The notes under the pieces are model-generated. The model saw nothing but the letters and a program-made list of their open reading frames with translations. It had not been told where the DNA came from and did not search any database. A stretch of DNA of 55,757 bases from a virus (Duplodnaviria; Caudoviricetes), in IMG/VR virus record IMGVR_UViG_3300048902_000067, positions 1 through 55,757 of that record, one strand, 5' to 3'. A program made the position numbers and the translations under genes. Shown piece after piece: positions 43,890 to 52,857 of the stretch (position 1 is the stretch's first letter; the number at the start of each line of letters is the position of its first letter).

Positions 43890-44072
43890 GGCGTCTCCTT
43901 GCGGTTTGTTCGCCGCTCCCCTAGGGAAATCCCCGTTGCGGATGTGGCGGAACTGGTAGACGCACTAGATTTAGGTAACGGTCAAAGTGCGTCGAGAATG
44001 CAATCTAACTATCTGAATGTACTACAGATGCCTTATCCTCGTCACGCTCTATGTGGTGAGGATTGTGCCCCA
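43818..44072. other. attP region with putative integrase arm sites
   Basis: TGTGGTGGA (43818), TGTGGGGAC (43830) and TGTGGTGAG (44052) flank the core. Confidence 0.6.
43938..43976 (+). tRNA. 5' half of tRNA-Leu(TAG), forming the attP identity segment (not a complete tRNA)
   Basis: GCGGATGTGGCGGAACTGGTAGACGCACTAGATTTAGGT; ends at the end of the anticodon loop; 28 bp from the int stop. Confidence 0.88.
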
Positions 44073-45126
44073 AGGCTTCCAGAACATCGGCTTCGTCCGA
44101 GTGGGCGTAACGCATGGTGGATTGGATATTATCATGTCCTAGGAGCCGCTTGACGGCGCCCAGGTTCTTGGAGCGTCGCAGGGCCATCGTAGCCGCGTGG
44201 TGGCGTAGATCGTGGGCAGGCTTGGCGTCCCTGAGCCCCGCGAGCTTCTGGGCGGCCTTGCTAGCGCTCTGGAAGGCCCGCCAGTGGATCGCCCGGAGCG
44301 TCCGCTCGCCATCCTCGCCCTCAACCTCCCGAAACCAGATCGTCTCTAGGCTTGCCGCCGAAGCGCGAGCGGCCCGGCTGGCAATGTCCGCCCTATGCTC
44401 GGGAAGGATTGGAATGACGTGGGTGCGTGCGTTCTTCCGGTCGGCCGCCTTGATCGTCACCCGCTCGCCGTCGAACTGCGAGGGATGGAAGAAGGTCTCC
44501 TTCAGCCGCGTTCCGTACCGGGCCATGAAATCCTTGATGGGCCAGTGCCAGGCGGGGAGGGCGGCTTCCCAAGAGGCCAGCTCGGCTTGCGAGAACTCCC
44601 GAACACGCTCCTTCGGTTGAGAGAGTTTCAGTTCCGACCATTCGATGTCGTGGACGGTCTGCTTCAGGAATCGCTTGGCGTACTTAAGGATCGGGCGAAG
44701 GGTAGCAATCATCTCGCCGTTCACGGTGGAATTGGCCGGGAAGCGTGGATTGGCCTTGGAGCCCTGTCGGATCGGGTCCAGCCGCCGGGCCTGGATCGCC
44801 GTCTCTATAGCCGCCTCGTCAATGGCGGGGATCAAGGTTTCGGATCCCAGATGCCTAAGCATCACTTCCAGGCGGAATGCTGTGGTGCGGGCTGATTTCT
44901 TTCCAGCCGCACGCGCTATGAACCATCGGTCTGCGGCGTCTTTGAGCGTGATTGCGGCTGTAGATAGTTCGCCCAGGACGGCGCGTTCTCGCTGGGCCTT
45001 GACCCAATGGCGGACGTTGGCCGGCGGCTTTTCGGTTGACGCAACGATCTTGGTCGAGCCCCGGTATCTCTCCCGGTTGACGACGAAATCGAAGTGCCAA
45101 TAGCCGCCCCGCTTGAAGATGGCCAT
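44005..45126 (-). CDS. int: Tyrosine integrase
   Basis: G.R..E, HDLRH, LLGH.NIQSTMRY. Confidence 0.95.
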   Translation of the reverse strand: MAIFKRGGYWHFDFVVNRERYRGSTKIVASTEKPPANVRHWVKAQRERAVLGELSTAAITLKDAADRWFIARAAGKKSARTTAFRLEVMLRHLGSETLIPAIDEAAIETAIQARRLDPIRQGSKANPRFPANSTVNGEMIATLRPILKYAKRFLKQTVHDIEWSELKLSQPKERVREFSQAELASWEAALPAWHWPIKDFMARYGTRLKETFFHPSQFDGERVTIKAADRKNARTHVIPILPEHRADIASRAARASAASLETIWFREVEGEDGERTLRAIHWRAFQSASKAAQKLAGLRDAKPAHDLRHHAATMALRRSKNLGAVKRLLGHDNIQSTMRYAHSDEADVLEALGHNPHHIERDEDKASVVHSDS

Positions 45127-45290
45127 GACTTGCCTCCCAGGTACGCCTCTACGTCATCGGTTCGCACGCGCCAGGTCGCACCGACCTTTCGGCCTGGCAG
45201 TTCGCCCCTGTCGAGGATTCCGCGCAAGGTCTTGTCGCTGACCCGCAGTGTCGCGGCGACCTCTGAGAACGTGAGGACAGCGACGCTCAC
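44916..45290 (-). CDS. xis: Excisionase (HTH_17-like) with a tail overlapping int
   Basis: LT..EVA..LRVS..T.....GELP..KVG..WRV. Confidence 0.8.
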   Translation of the reverse strand: MSVAVLTFSEVAATLRVSDKTLRGILDRGELPGRKVGATWRVRTDDVEAYLGGKSWPSSSGAAIGTSISSSTGRDTGARPRSLRQPKSRRPTSAIGSRPSENAPSWANYLQPQSRSKTPQTDGS

Positions 45291-45985
45291 GGCCCCCTCC
45301 CGTCGTCTGGCAGGGCCTTGGGGGCAGCGGGGGCTATGGGTTCATCCGTTGCTGGAGCGGCGGTAGTCGGCTGCGCCGCCAAATCCGATAGGTCGCTCTC
45401 CGCTGGAGGGATAAAATACTCCTGCGCCGTGTAGTCGTACTGGATGAGGCCGGTGCTCGATGCGGCGCTCAGGGCGTCGTGGATTTCTGGTTTAACGGAC
45501 CCCCAGGCCAGCGCGGGGTTCTTCACGCGCCCGCCATGCTCGCGAAGCCAAGCGAGGCCAACCCTCGCCCGCTCGGATTCTTCGGCTAGATACTCAGCGT
45601 CAGCTTCGGCTTGGGCAGCCGACGCGTCATCGATGGCGGATGGCGGCACGCCGAAGACGCCCAGAAGATCCTCTAGCTCGCCGCGAGAATGGTCGTACCA
45701 GCGATGCTTGACGTACAAGTCGCCGGTAGAGGGCTCCTTACGGACGTACATCTTGACCGACCGGCCGTTGACGTAATCCATCCCAGCGACGATTGGGGCG
45801 GTTCCGCCTCCGCTTTCGCGGCCAATGATGGCGTCGATCTCTTCGTCGGAAAAACCCCCTTGCCGGTAGTGAAGGAAGCCGAGCCCCTGCGACCCGCTGA
45901 GTTCGTAGGCCGCTCGAATGACGTTAGGCAGATCGACTGCGCCAAGCTTGATCCAGCCGCGCCAGTCGAATTGTGGCGGGTTCAT
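45287..45985 (-). CDS. Hypothetical protein (QGLGFLH, MDYVNGR motifs)
   Basis: Coupled within the leftward operon. Confidence 0.7.
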   Translation of the reverse strand: MNPPQFDWRGWIKLGAVDLPNVIRAAYELSGSQGLGFLHYRQGGFSDEEIDAIIGRESGGGTAPIVAGMDYVNGRSVKMYVRKEPSTGDLYVKHRWYDHSRGELEDLLGVFGVPPSAIDDASAAQAEADAEYLAEESERARVGLAWLREHGGRVKNPALAWGSVKPEIHDALSAASSTGLIQYDYTAQEYFIPPAESDLSDLAAQPTTAAPATDEPIAPAAPKALPDDGRGP

Positions 45986-46155
45986 ATGTGCTCTCGCTTG
46001 ATGATGGTGAAAAGCTCTTGCCGCAGCGTCCAGATCGCTAGGTGCGCCGTTTTCAGCGCGTCCTTGTCGTGGGCAAATTTCGGGTCGTCTAACCTGGATT
46101 CTATCGACAGCATGGAGTTGTCGATTGCCTCGAATACGATGTCGACTGGTCCCAT
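45982..46155 (-). CDS. 57-aa hypothetical protein
   Basis: Translated by hand; overlaps both neighbours. Confidence 0.5.
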   Translation of the reverse strand: MGPVDIVFEAIDNSMLSIESRLDDPKFAHDKDALKTAHLAIWTLRQELFTIIKREHI

Positions 46156-46769
46156 CAATGCCCCTCCGCGCCATCGGATTTGACGCCGGACGAGGCGTCT
46201 ACCGCCGCTTGGGCAACGGATGACCTATTTCCCTTCCCCACCTCTTCAACCCATAGAGAGGCTCGACGGAGATCGCGCATGGTCACATCGTGACACGCGA
46301 ACATTTCGGTATCTGCGCGCTCGGATTGAAGCCGGGCAATCTCCGCAAATGGCCTCACCACCTCCACGCCCTCTGCTAGAGCGGCTTCGGCTTTCTCGGC
46401 GCGGCAGCGATATCCGAAAAGCTCGTCAAACGCGGCATGATCCATGACGATCTTGCCGGCGAAGTTCTCAGAATGGTCGGCGTGCATTTCGCCGATCACA
46501 TTCTGCAACTCGTCTCGTTCAGCTTCGGCTTTCTCAGCGCGGGCTAGGCGTTCTTCGGCGATTTCACACCAGATGGCCTGGTTCTTTTCGGCGCTATCGA
46601 CGGCATTCTCGGCGTCCCGCAGTTCCCCTTCCAGTTCAGCTATTCTGGCGGAGGCTTCGGTGAGGAGGCGCGACAGTCGTTTGGCGACCGCCGATCCGAG
46701 TATGTAGGTGTCGTCGTCAGTGTAATAGCGGCCCATTTCCTTCAGCCGCTCAATCAGTGATTTAGTCAC
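46155..46769 (-). CDS. Ea22-like coiled-coil protein
   Basis: LIERL...EA.ARIAELE; RAEKAEA twice. Confidence 0.65.
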   Translation of the reverse strand: MTKSLIERLKEMGRYYTDDDTYILGSAVAKRLSRLLTEASARIAELEGELRDAENAVDSAEKNQAIWCEIAEERLARAEKAEAERDELQNVIGEMHADHSENFAGKIVMDHAAFDELFGYRCRAEKAEAALAEGVEVVRPFAEIARLQSERADTEMFACHDVTMRDLRRASLWVEEVGKGNRSSVAQAAVDASSGVKSDGAEGH

Positions 46770-46993
46770 GGCTCGCTCCAGAGTTCATGAAATGGCCGCT
46801 CCTCTAGCGGCAGGAGCCCGCTTTCCATGGCGCAATAAATGCAAACCGGAACCTCTTTGGACCTCGCCATGGGCTGGGCTATGTCGCGCTCGCAAGTCCG
46901 GCATGTCGCGTACTGGACTTCCTCGCGTGGTATCCAGTGCAAATGCCAGGGCCAGCAAGGGACCTGAAGTGCATGGATGAGTTTCAAGCTCAC
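46766..46993 (-). CDS. Small CxxC-CxxC protein
   Basis: CRTC...CIYC. Confidence 0.5.
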   Translation of the reverse strand: MSLKLIHALQVPCWPWHLHWIPREEVQYATCRTCERDIAQPMARSKEVPVCIYCAMESGLLPLEERPFHELWSEP

Positions 46994-47120
46994 TGCCTGT
47001 CCTCCCTCTTCTGCTGATCCCGCTCTTCAACCTTCCTGACCCGCTTTTCTAGGTCTGAGAGTTGCTTACGGAGGGCTCTGATATCTGGGTCATGAGGGGC
47101 GTCTTCGCCGTGGTGGAGGG

Positions 47121-47423
47121 TCATATCCTCTTTCCCCCGCTGTCCTGGTGGGGAGGGATTTCGGGGCATCCCCGGACCACGCCCTTAGCGGCCTGAGGTG
47201 TCCGCGACTTCACAATTCGCGGCTCATAGCCGAGGGGTTTGCGCGGCTGCTGATGCTCGGCTCGAATACGGTCGGCCTCAGCGTTTCTGCCGTAGTTCAG
47301 CAGCCAGCTATTGCGCCCGTCATGATCGGAAGGAAGCTGCTCGATCAGCCCTTCGGCCCACTGAATGCGGTTGTGGCCGCTCTGAATTTCAGCTGGGGTC
47401 AGCTCTATGGAAGTAGCCTTCAT
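47121..47423 (-). CDS. Hypothetical protein
   Basis: WAEGLI.QLP..HDGRNSWLLNYG. Confidence 0.65.
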   Translation of the reverse strand: MKATSIELTPAEIQSGHNRIQWAEGLIEQLPSDHDGRNSWLLNYGRNAEADRIRAEHQQPRKPLGYEPRIVKSRTPQAAKGVVRGCPEIPPHQDSGGKRI

Positions 47424-47611
47424 GCGCCCGCTCCGAATTGGCTGTTGTCCTCATGGGCTTGATCCGCACAGTCATCGCAGATCAGCTCGTCGTACATTTC
47501 CCAGCACTCGACGTTCGGGCTGAAGTCCCACTCACCGCAGTAGAGGCAACCCGGAACGCTCGATGGAACGCGGACACCTCCGTCCGCCTGGGGAGGGTTC
47601 ATGGTCTTCAT
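47420..47611 (-). CDS. Small CxxC-CxxC protein
   Basis: CLYC...CDDC. Confidence 0.55.
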   Translation of the reverse strand: MKTMNPPQADGGVRVPSSVPGCLYCGEWDFSPNVECWEMYDELICDDCADQAHEDNSQFGAGA

Positions 47612-47790
47612 TTGGCGTCCTGGGGGTTGTCGGGGATGCCCGCGATGGTGAGCGCTTCACTAAGAATTTGGCGAAGTGCAGGAGCCCATTCAGGTTCGCC
47701 GCCACGGTTCCAAAAGAACCACAGGCATCCTGGTTCCGGCTCGCCACATCTGCACGGCGTTTGATCGCAGTCAGGCTTCGCCATCAGCAT
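47608..47790 (-). CDS. Hypothetical protein
   Basis: Coupled. Confidence 0.45.
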   Translation of the reverse strand: MLMAKPDCDQTPCRCGEPEPGCLWFFWNRGGEPEWAPALRQILSEALTIAGIPDNPQDAK

Positions 47791-48959
47791 TCTCCCCCTA
47801 GGGTTTCGGGAGGGTCGGATAAGGGCTCATCCGTTGCTGGATTGCCTTCGGAAGTGTTCGCTCCGCTCCCTTTCCGAGCATCAGCGCCGTTCTCCGCTGG
47901 ATGGTACCTTTCGGCCAGCACATGGGGATGGATTGAAACCCTAGACTTCCTGTTCGGCGTCCCGCCTGGAGTGACGTTGAAGCCCACGAGAAAGCCGGGT
48001 CTGTTTCGGTTCCAGTGCGACAGGTAGATGTCAGCGCACCAGCCGCCCATACGGTTGAGCCTGGATTTTGGAATCCAGACGGATGGCAGATCGATAGTCA
48101 AAGAACCCCCATCGCTATCGGATTTCGAGAAGGTGGTTGCCTGGGCCGCCGCGCCGCCCTCCCCAGGCTGAGGGCTCGTAGCGCTGGTCGAAGCGTCGGC
48201 GCGGTCGGATGGTGTTCCTACTCCAGGCCTAGCGTCGCGTATGGCGGGAGGGGCCGGTAGAGGTCGCCAATGGGTGGGCTCAGCGCCAGTCAGGTCGTTT
48301 CCGGAACTGTCGAACAGCGTGGGCGCTTGCTCAAAATCCCAACTTCCGTCGCCGTCTTCATGGGGGGGAAAATGCCAACGCGCGGCGAACACGCCCTGAT
48401 CTGCCCGAAAAGCAACGAACTCCGTCCCATCCTTCGGCGCGGTCTCGATGTCCTTCCACCCTTCGTGGAGGTGTTCGTCTTGAGGCACACCGAGGCGTTC
48501 GAGCCGGTAGGTTCGCAGGACGCGGGCGCCTAACGCCTCGAACATGTGGCGCTGCTTATCGTATACCTTTCCTTCGACAAGCTGACCGTCAGAGAGGGCC
48601 AGCAACCTTTCGGGATCGTCAGTCCATTTGCCGATAGGCTCAGCGGGGCTCGCGGTTGCGGCGCGGCGCGGACATGGCAGGCATCGCGTTTCGTCGGTCG
48701 GATAACCCACGGGTGGACAATCCTCACAAAGTTCGCCCGTCTCCACCCCTCCAGCCATGAGGGGGGCGTGGGCCGGGATAACTAGTACGGAGCGGGCCGC
48801 TTCGTGGAATGCCGCAGAGACTTCCTTGTAGTGTCTACCCTTGCAGTTATCGCCCCAGGCCCGCAGCCATTCCGCTAGCCGTTCGCGGTCCATCGCGAGG
48901 TCCTCCCGGATCGCATGAGGGACCTGTTGATCATGCGCCGATGGGGGAGCGGGGCTCAC
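47784..48959 (-). CDS. Mosaic protein with a DUF551-like domain
   Basis: WKDIETAPKDGT...PTHWRPLPAPP; CEDCPP.GY zinc motif. Confidence 0.7.
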   Translation of the reverse strand: MSPAPPSAHDQQVPHAIREDLAMDRERLAEWLRAWGDNCKGRHYKEVSAAFHEAARSVLVIPAHAPLMAGGVETGELCEDCPPVGYPTDETRCLPCPRRAATASPAEPIGKWTDDPERLLALSDGQLVEGKVYDKQRHMFEALGARVLRTYRLERLGVPQDEHLHEGWKDIETAPKDGTEFVAFRADQGVFAARWHFPPHEDGDGSWDFEQAPTLFDSSGNDLTGAEPTHWRPLPAPPAIRDARPGVGTPSDRADASTSATSPQPGEGGAAAQATTFSKSDSDGGSLTIDLPSVWIPKSRLNRMGGWCADIYLSHWNRNRPGFLVGFNVTPGGTPNRKSRVSIHPHVLAERYHPAENGADARKGSGANTSEGNPATDEPLSDPPETLGGEC

Positions 48960-49939
48960 CATGTCCGGTGCTCCTCGTAGACGCTCTCGCTACCGTCGTA
49001 TTCGTGGATGTACCAGCGGGCATCGGCGGGGACCTCGGCCACTTCCAGGCGGGCCAGTTCATCGCTGGCGGCCTCGCCCATTTCCTCGACGACCCGCACA
49101 AGGATAGGATCAGTTCGTTCGTCGCGGTCTCGACAGATACCGCTCCCGTACCACGTCACCCCCCACTTGGCCTCGCTTGGAGTGCGCTGGCTCGGGTTCG
49201 ACACCTTCCCGTCGTACTCTGCGACCTCGGCGGCAGCTTGCCTGTGTCCTAGGGCGGCCATCCGTCGCGCAGCCTGTAAGCTGACACCGAACCCGCCGAA
49301 ACAGCGGTTCACCACGACCTTGACGACCGCCCCAGAACCCTCCGCGCCTAAGTCGGCGGGGGGTGGGGCGATTGGAAGCGCCGACCCAGTCGGCTTGGCG
49401 GCCTGCTTAGCTCTGATCTGCTCCACCTTGGTCCAAATGCGCGCGAGTTCCGCTTCGCCCGCCTTGGCCATGTCCAGGTCGTTGGCGAGGCAGTAGGCCG
49501 CCAGCGCGACCATGACGCCGCCCACCTCCTGGGCCGGCTGACCGACCGGGCGGTTGAACACGTAATCGACTAGGGCGTGGGCGCGGTCGGCCGTGAAGCC
49601 GCTCGTCGTCTGCGCCAGCTCTAGCGCCTCCTCCAAGAAGCGGTCAGCGCGCTCCACCTTATCGAACGGGATCACATCGCCGAAGCACTCGCGCATCCAG
49701 GGCTCGACGCGAGCTTGGAACGGGCCACAGGTGCAGCGATCACAGATTGGGCAATAGTCGTAGCCGTGTTCGCATTCTATGCCGACCGCGCCCATCCTGG
49801 CCTTGTAGGTCGGGCAACCGGGATCATGCGCCGCAGCAGGCTCCGCATCGAGGCCCGCGAATACTTCCTCGCTAGAGGAAGCCTCGCCGCACGGTTGGCT
49901 CTGGGCGAGTCCATTATTCGGCCGATCTGATAGGCTCAT
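48956..49939 (-). CDS. MazG-like nucleotide pyrophosphohydrolase domain fusion protein
   Basis: FQARV..W...CFG...RFLEEALEL...QEVGGV; C-terminal N.CFGGF...EYDG.E domain. Confidence 0.7.
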   Translation of the reverse strand: MSLSDRPNNGLAQSQPCGEASSSEEVFAGLDAEPAAAHDPGCPTYKARMGAVGIECEHGYDYCPICDRCTCGPFQARVEPWMRECFGDVIPFDKVERADRFLEEALELAQTTSGFTADRAHALVDYVFNRPVGQPAQEVGGVMVALAAYCLANDLDMAKAGEAELARIWTKVEQIRAKQAAKPTGSALPIAPPPADLGAEGSGAVVKVVVNRCFGGFGVSLQAARRMAALGHRQAAAEVAEYDGKVSNPSQRTPSEAKWGVTWYGSGICRDRDERTDPILVRVVEEMGEAASDELARLEVAEVPADARWYIHEYDGSESVYEEHRTW

Positions 49940-50103
49940 GTCATCTGCTCCCGCTTGGCGAGTTGTGCAGCGATCCATATTTCGGCGGCTTCTAGATCGC
50001 GGCGAGGTAGGTCTTCCGGCCAATCGCCCTCGCCCTCCATTCCGGCGAGCATGGCTCCGACTGCGGCGTCCATGGCCACCAAGAGGCGTTTCGTCAGTCT
50101 CAT
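49936..50103 (-). CDS. 55-aa hypothetical protein
   Basis: Translated by hand; ATGA overlap. Confidence 0.45.
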   Translation of the reverse strand: MRLTKRLLVAMDAAVGAMLAGMEGEGDWPEDLPRRDLEAAEIWIAAQLAKREQMT

Positions 50104-50143
50104 GCTCTCTGCTCAGAGATAGGGGATGGGGGAGGCTGGGGGG

Positions 50144-50563
50144 TCATGGGCGGGTGCTCCCGCGCCGTATGACGGCTCCCGCTTGGCGAAGAACGGTCTC
50201 GGTGAAGGCGCGCGCGTCGGCGACGCGGTCGAAGCCTTTAGGGCCGTCCCACATGTCCTTTCCGAAGACGCGGTTTGGTCCGAAGAATTGGAAGCCTTCG
50301 ATGTTGACTGACCAGCGGCGCAAAGCCGGGTAGTTCCTAAGGACCGCGACAGGCGTGCCGCTCGCGAGGTGCGCGACGCGTCTTCCCCGATGCCGAAGCC
50401 AGAACACGTCCTCGCCAGTCAGGCGGTTCAGCGCGGCCTCCGTAGAGCGCCATTGCGGTTCGCCTTGCCAAACCGCCCAGCCTGCGTCGAGGTCATGGTG
50501 CAGGACACCCTTGGACATAGCCGCAACCTTCGCCACCCCCTCCTGACGGTCGGTCCCGGTCAT
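50144..50563 (-). CDS. Hypothetical protein
   Basis: Coupled. Confidence 0.6.
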   Translation of the reverse strand: MTGTDRQEGVAKVAAMSKGVLHHDLDAGWAVWQGEPQWRSTEAALNRLTGEDVFWLRHRGRRVAHLASGTPVAVLRNYPALRRWSVNIEGFQFFGPNRVFGKDMWDGPKGFDRVADARAFTETVLRQAGAVIRRGSTRP

Positions 50564-50760
50564 GGGCGGTCACCGGCGGTCGCGAGCGCTCGATTGCGGA
50601 TGATCATATCCGCCGCCAGTTCATCATCGCCGCACGCCCGAAGGTATCGGTAGACCGCCGCATCAAGCTCATCGTGACCACTGCCGTACATGGCGGCTTC
50701 GGTGGCCTGCTCAATGATGTCGTCGCGAGCCTTCTCCAGCTTCACCCGCTCACCTGACAT
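50560..50760 (-). CDS. Hypothetical protein
   Basis: TGATG coupling. Confidence 0.55.
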   Translation of the reverse strand: MSGERVKLEKARDDIIEQATEAAMYGSGHDELDAAVYRYLRACGDDELAADMIIRNRALATAGDRP

Positions 50761-51026
50761 CAGCGGGCCTCCTGCATCAGGTTCAGGATGAAGCGCGAAA
50801 GCTCGCGCTCGGTCGTCTCGGCGATTTTTGTCCATGGCAGTTCGAGGGTGAAGACCTTGTCGTCCATGACGACGCCCACCTTGAAGGTCGGGTTGGCCCT
50901 GGCGGCGGCGATCTTCTCTGCGAACCTGGCATCGACCTTGCCGCCGCGCTCAGCCGTCTTGAGGGTCGCCGCGATCTTGTCGGCCTGGGCGCGCAGCTGC
51001 TGAATTGGGGAGCTTTTGGTGGTCAT
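50760..51026 (-). CDS. Hypothetical protein
   Basis: Coupled. Confidence 0.65.
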   Translation of the reverse strand: MTTKSSPIQQLRAQADKIAATLKTAERGGKVDARFAEKIAAARANPTFKVGVVMDDKVFTLELPWTKIAETTERELSRFILNLMQEAR

Positions 51027-51652
51027 GTCCCCACCTTCTGGCCGTCAAGGGTCCAGACGAACTCGCCTCGCTCGCCCACTTTGAAATGCTCGCCACACGT
51101 CGAGCAGAAGGTCCCGCCGTAGAAGCTCGGATCGCGCGCATAGGTCTCGGAGAGGGCCCGACCCATTGTGGTGACGCAGCCGCAGCCGGACTCTAGCTGA
51201 GCCTGGGTCCAGTAGCGGCCGAGACCCGAGCGCCCGTCCTTGGGGTATTCCTCGAACTTGACGTAGCCTTGGCCGGCATACCGGCCGGCCTCCTCAGGGG
51301 TCAGGTCACGAAGAACGTGCGCCGGATCGGGCCGGACGCCGACGTGCCAATAGCTGTCGCGGTAGGGCCGCACAAAGCCCTTGGCGCGCTCCTCTTCCGA
51401 CAGCACGACATAGCCCTTCTGCATGCCCGTGGCGTCGCGTTCGGTGTGGCTGCCATCGGCCGGGACCGGCGCGCCAGTCGTGAGCTGGACAGCCGACCTA
51501 TCGACCGGGATTTCAGCGGCCTTTAGGCGCGCGAGCTCCTGATCGCGGTGGCGTTGCGTTGCGGCCTCGCGGCGAAACTCCGCAGCCTGGCGCTCCAGCT
51601 CGGCGGCGTCGGCATCCCATTGGGCCGCGGTCTTCATTTCATTCTGAGACAT
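51023..51652 (-). CDS. Conserved zinc-binding phage protein
   Basis: YVVLSEEERAKGFVRP.R..Y.H; CG..TTM...ETYARDP.FYG.TFC..C. Confidence 0.7.
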   Translation of the reverse strand: MSQNEMKTAAQWDADAAELERQAAEFRREAATQRHRDQELARLKAAEIPVDRSAVQLTTGAPVPADGSHTERDATGMQKGYVVLSEEERAKGFVRPYRDSYWHVGVRPDPAHVLRDLTPEEAGRYAGQGYVKFEEYPKDGRSGLGRYWTQAQLESGCGCVTTMGRALSETYARDPSFYGGTFCSTCGEHFKVGERGEFVWTLDGQKVGT

Positions 51653-51654
51653 GA

Positions 51655-52233
51655 TCAGCGGGCCTCCGATTGCAGGACGAGGCCATCGGCCGCGCGAACG
51701 CGGAGGCCGTGTAGCGGGCATGTCAGCACGCCATTCTCATCGGGCGCGAGCGAACCCATGGGCCAGTGCTGATGCGGGCAGACCCAGCCGTGGCGGTTCG
51801 ATTTGCAGCGCTGGCCGGCGAAGTGATCTCGCAGCGCTGCGACGGCAGCGTAGTGGCCGAACTGATAGCTAACGTCCGTGGTCTGGCAGAGGCGGCGCCG
51901 CCAGACGGGTTCGCCGGGCTCGATTTTCGACCATGGCCCATGCAGCTTCCTAGCCAACGGTGCGCGTTGAAGATTTCCAAGCTGATCTGGTGCGTCGATA
52001 CCCCAGACCAGGGCGTCGAGGGCCTTCGATATGAACCGCGGGTCCGGATGGTAGTGGACGTCTTTGAACTCGAAGAACCGCGCGTCTTCATGCTTCGGCA
52101 GGAACACCGGCCAATCTCGGGCAACGTCGTTCATGTAGCCCCAGCGAACGGTCGGCACGAGATACCAGCGCCCGACGACGGGCGGCGCTGAAAGTTCGAT
52201 GACGCGTTCGAGCTTCGCCAGCTTCGATGTCAT
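51655..52233 (-). CDS. Rieske [2Fe-2S] motif protein
   Basis: CPHQ...CPLHG. Confidence 0.75.
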   Translation of the reverse strand: MTSKLAKLERVIELSAPPVVGRWYLVPTVRWGYMNDVARDWPVFLPKHEDARFFEFKDVHYHPDPRFISKALDALVWGIDAPDQLGNLQRAPLARKLHGPWSKIEPGEPVWRRRLCQTTDVSYQFGHYAAVAALRDHFAGQRCKSNRHGWVCPHQHWPMGSLAPDENGVLTCPLHGLRVRAADGLVLQSEAR

Positions 52234-52363
52234 CAGCGTTCCCCCCTAATTTTACGTAGCTCGGCCCTGGCGCGACGGCCTCGGGCGTATGGGTCAGGCT
52301 GGCGCGTGAGGGAAATGGCGACGAACGCCACTACGGCCGCGCCAATGAGGAGGCGGTGGTTCA

Positions 52364-52612
52364 TCATCTCCCTCCCTGCGTCTTAGCGGCCGTTGTGTGG
52401 GATAGAGCGAGACGGCCGGCGGCTGTGATATGAAACCGCCCCGGATACCCTACGGAGACCAGCCCCCGACTTTGAAGAGCGTCGATCACACGCCAGTAAG
52501 ACCCCCTAAACTCGCTCTTGGTGATGCCGTCTGACCTCCCTTCGGCCACTAGCAACATCTCCCGCTGCGCCTTCGTCAGCTTCACAGCTTGGTCTGATAG
52601 GGGTTGGGTCAC
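52364..52612 (-). CDS. Small winged-helix protein
   Basis: KLTKAQRE.L...L..RGLV...IT.AGR.AL. Confidence 0.65.
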   Translation of the reverse strand: MTQPLSDQAVKLTKAQREMLLVAEGRSDGITKSEFRGSYWRVIDALQSRGLVSVGYPGRFHITAAGRLALSHTTAAKTQGGR

Positions 52613-52857
52613 GACTTGAAGCCCTTCGCTTGGCGACCGGCGCGCAAAATCCGGCGTTCAGCGGCCAGCCTCTTGCGCTCCTCGTCCAGGTCGGACGGTT
52701 GGGGTTGGCGGACGTGGGCTTCGCGGCGAGTGCGGACGCCATCGTCTGCCTCGCGATCCGCCCGATCATCAACCTCGATGACCATGCCGGCCTCCCGCGC
52801 GGCCATGAGGGCGATCATCGCCCCAATGTTATCAGCGCCGACAATGACCCTGGTCAC
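52609..52857 (-). CDS. Hypothetical protein
   Basis: Coupled. Confidence 0.55.
   Translation of the reverse strand: MTRVIVGADNIGAMIALMAAREAGMVIEVDDRADREADDGVRTRREAHVRQPQPSDLDEERKRLAAERRILRAGRQAKGFKS

Noticed and set aside
43938-43976. Functional or trans-spliced split tRNA ligated by RtcB
   Set aside because: I found no matching 3' half (T-arm plus CATCCGC) in the window; attP explains the fragment
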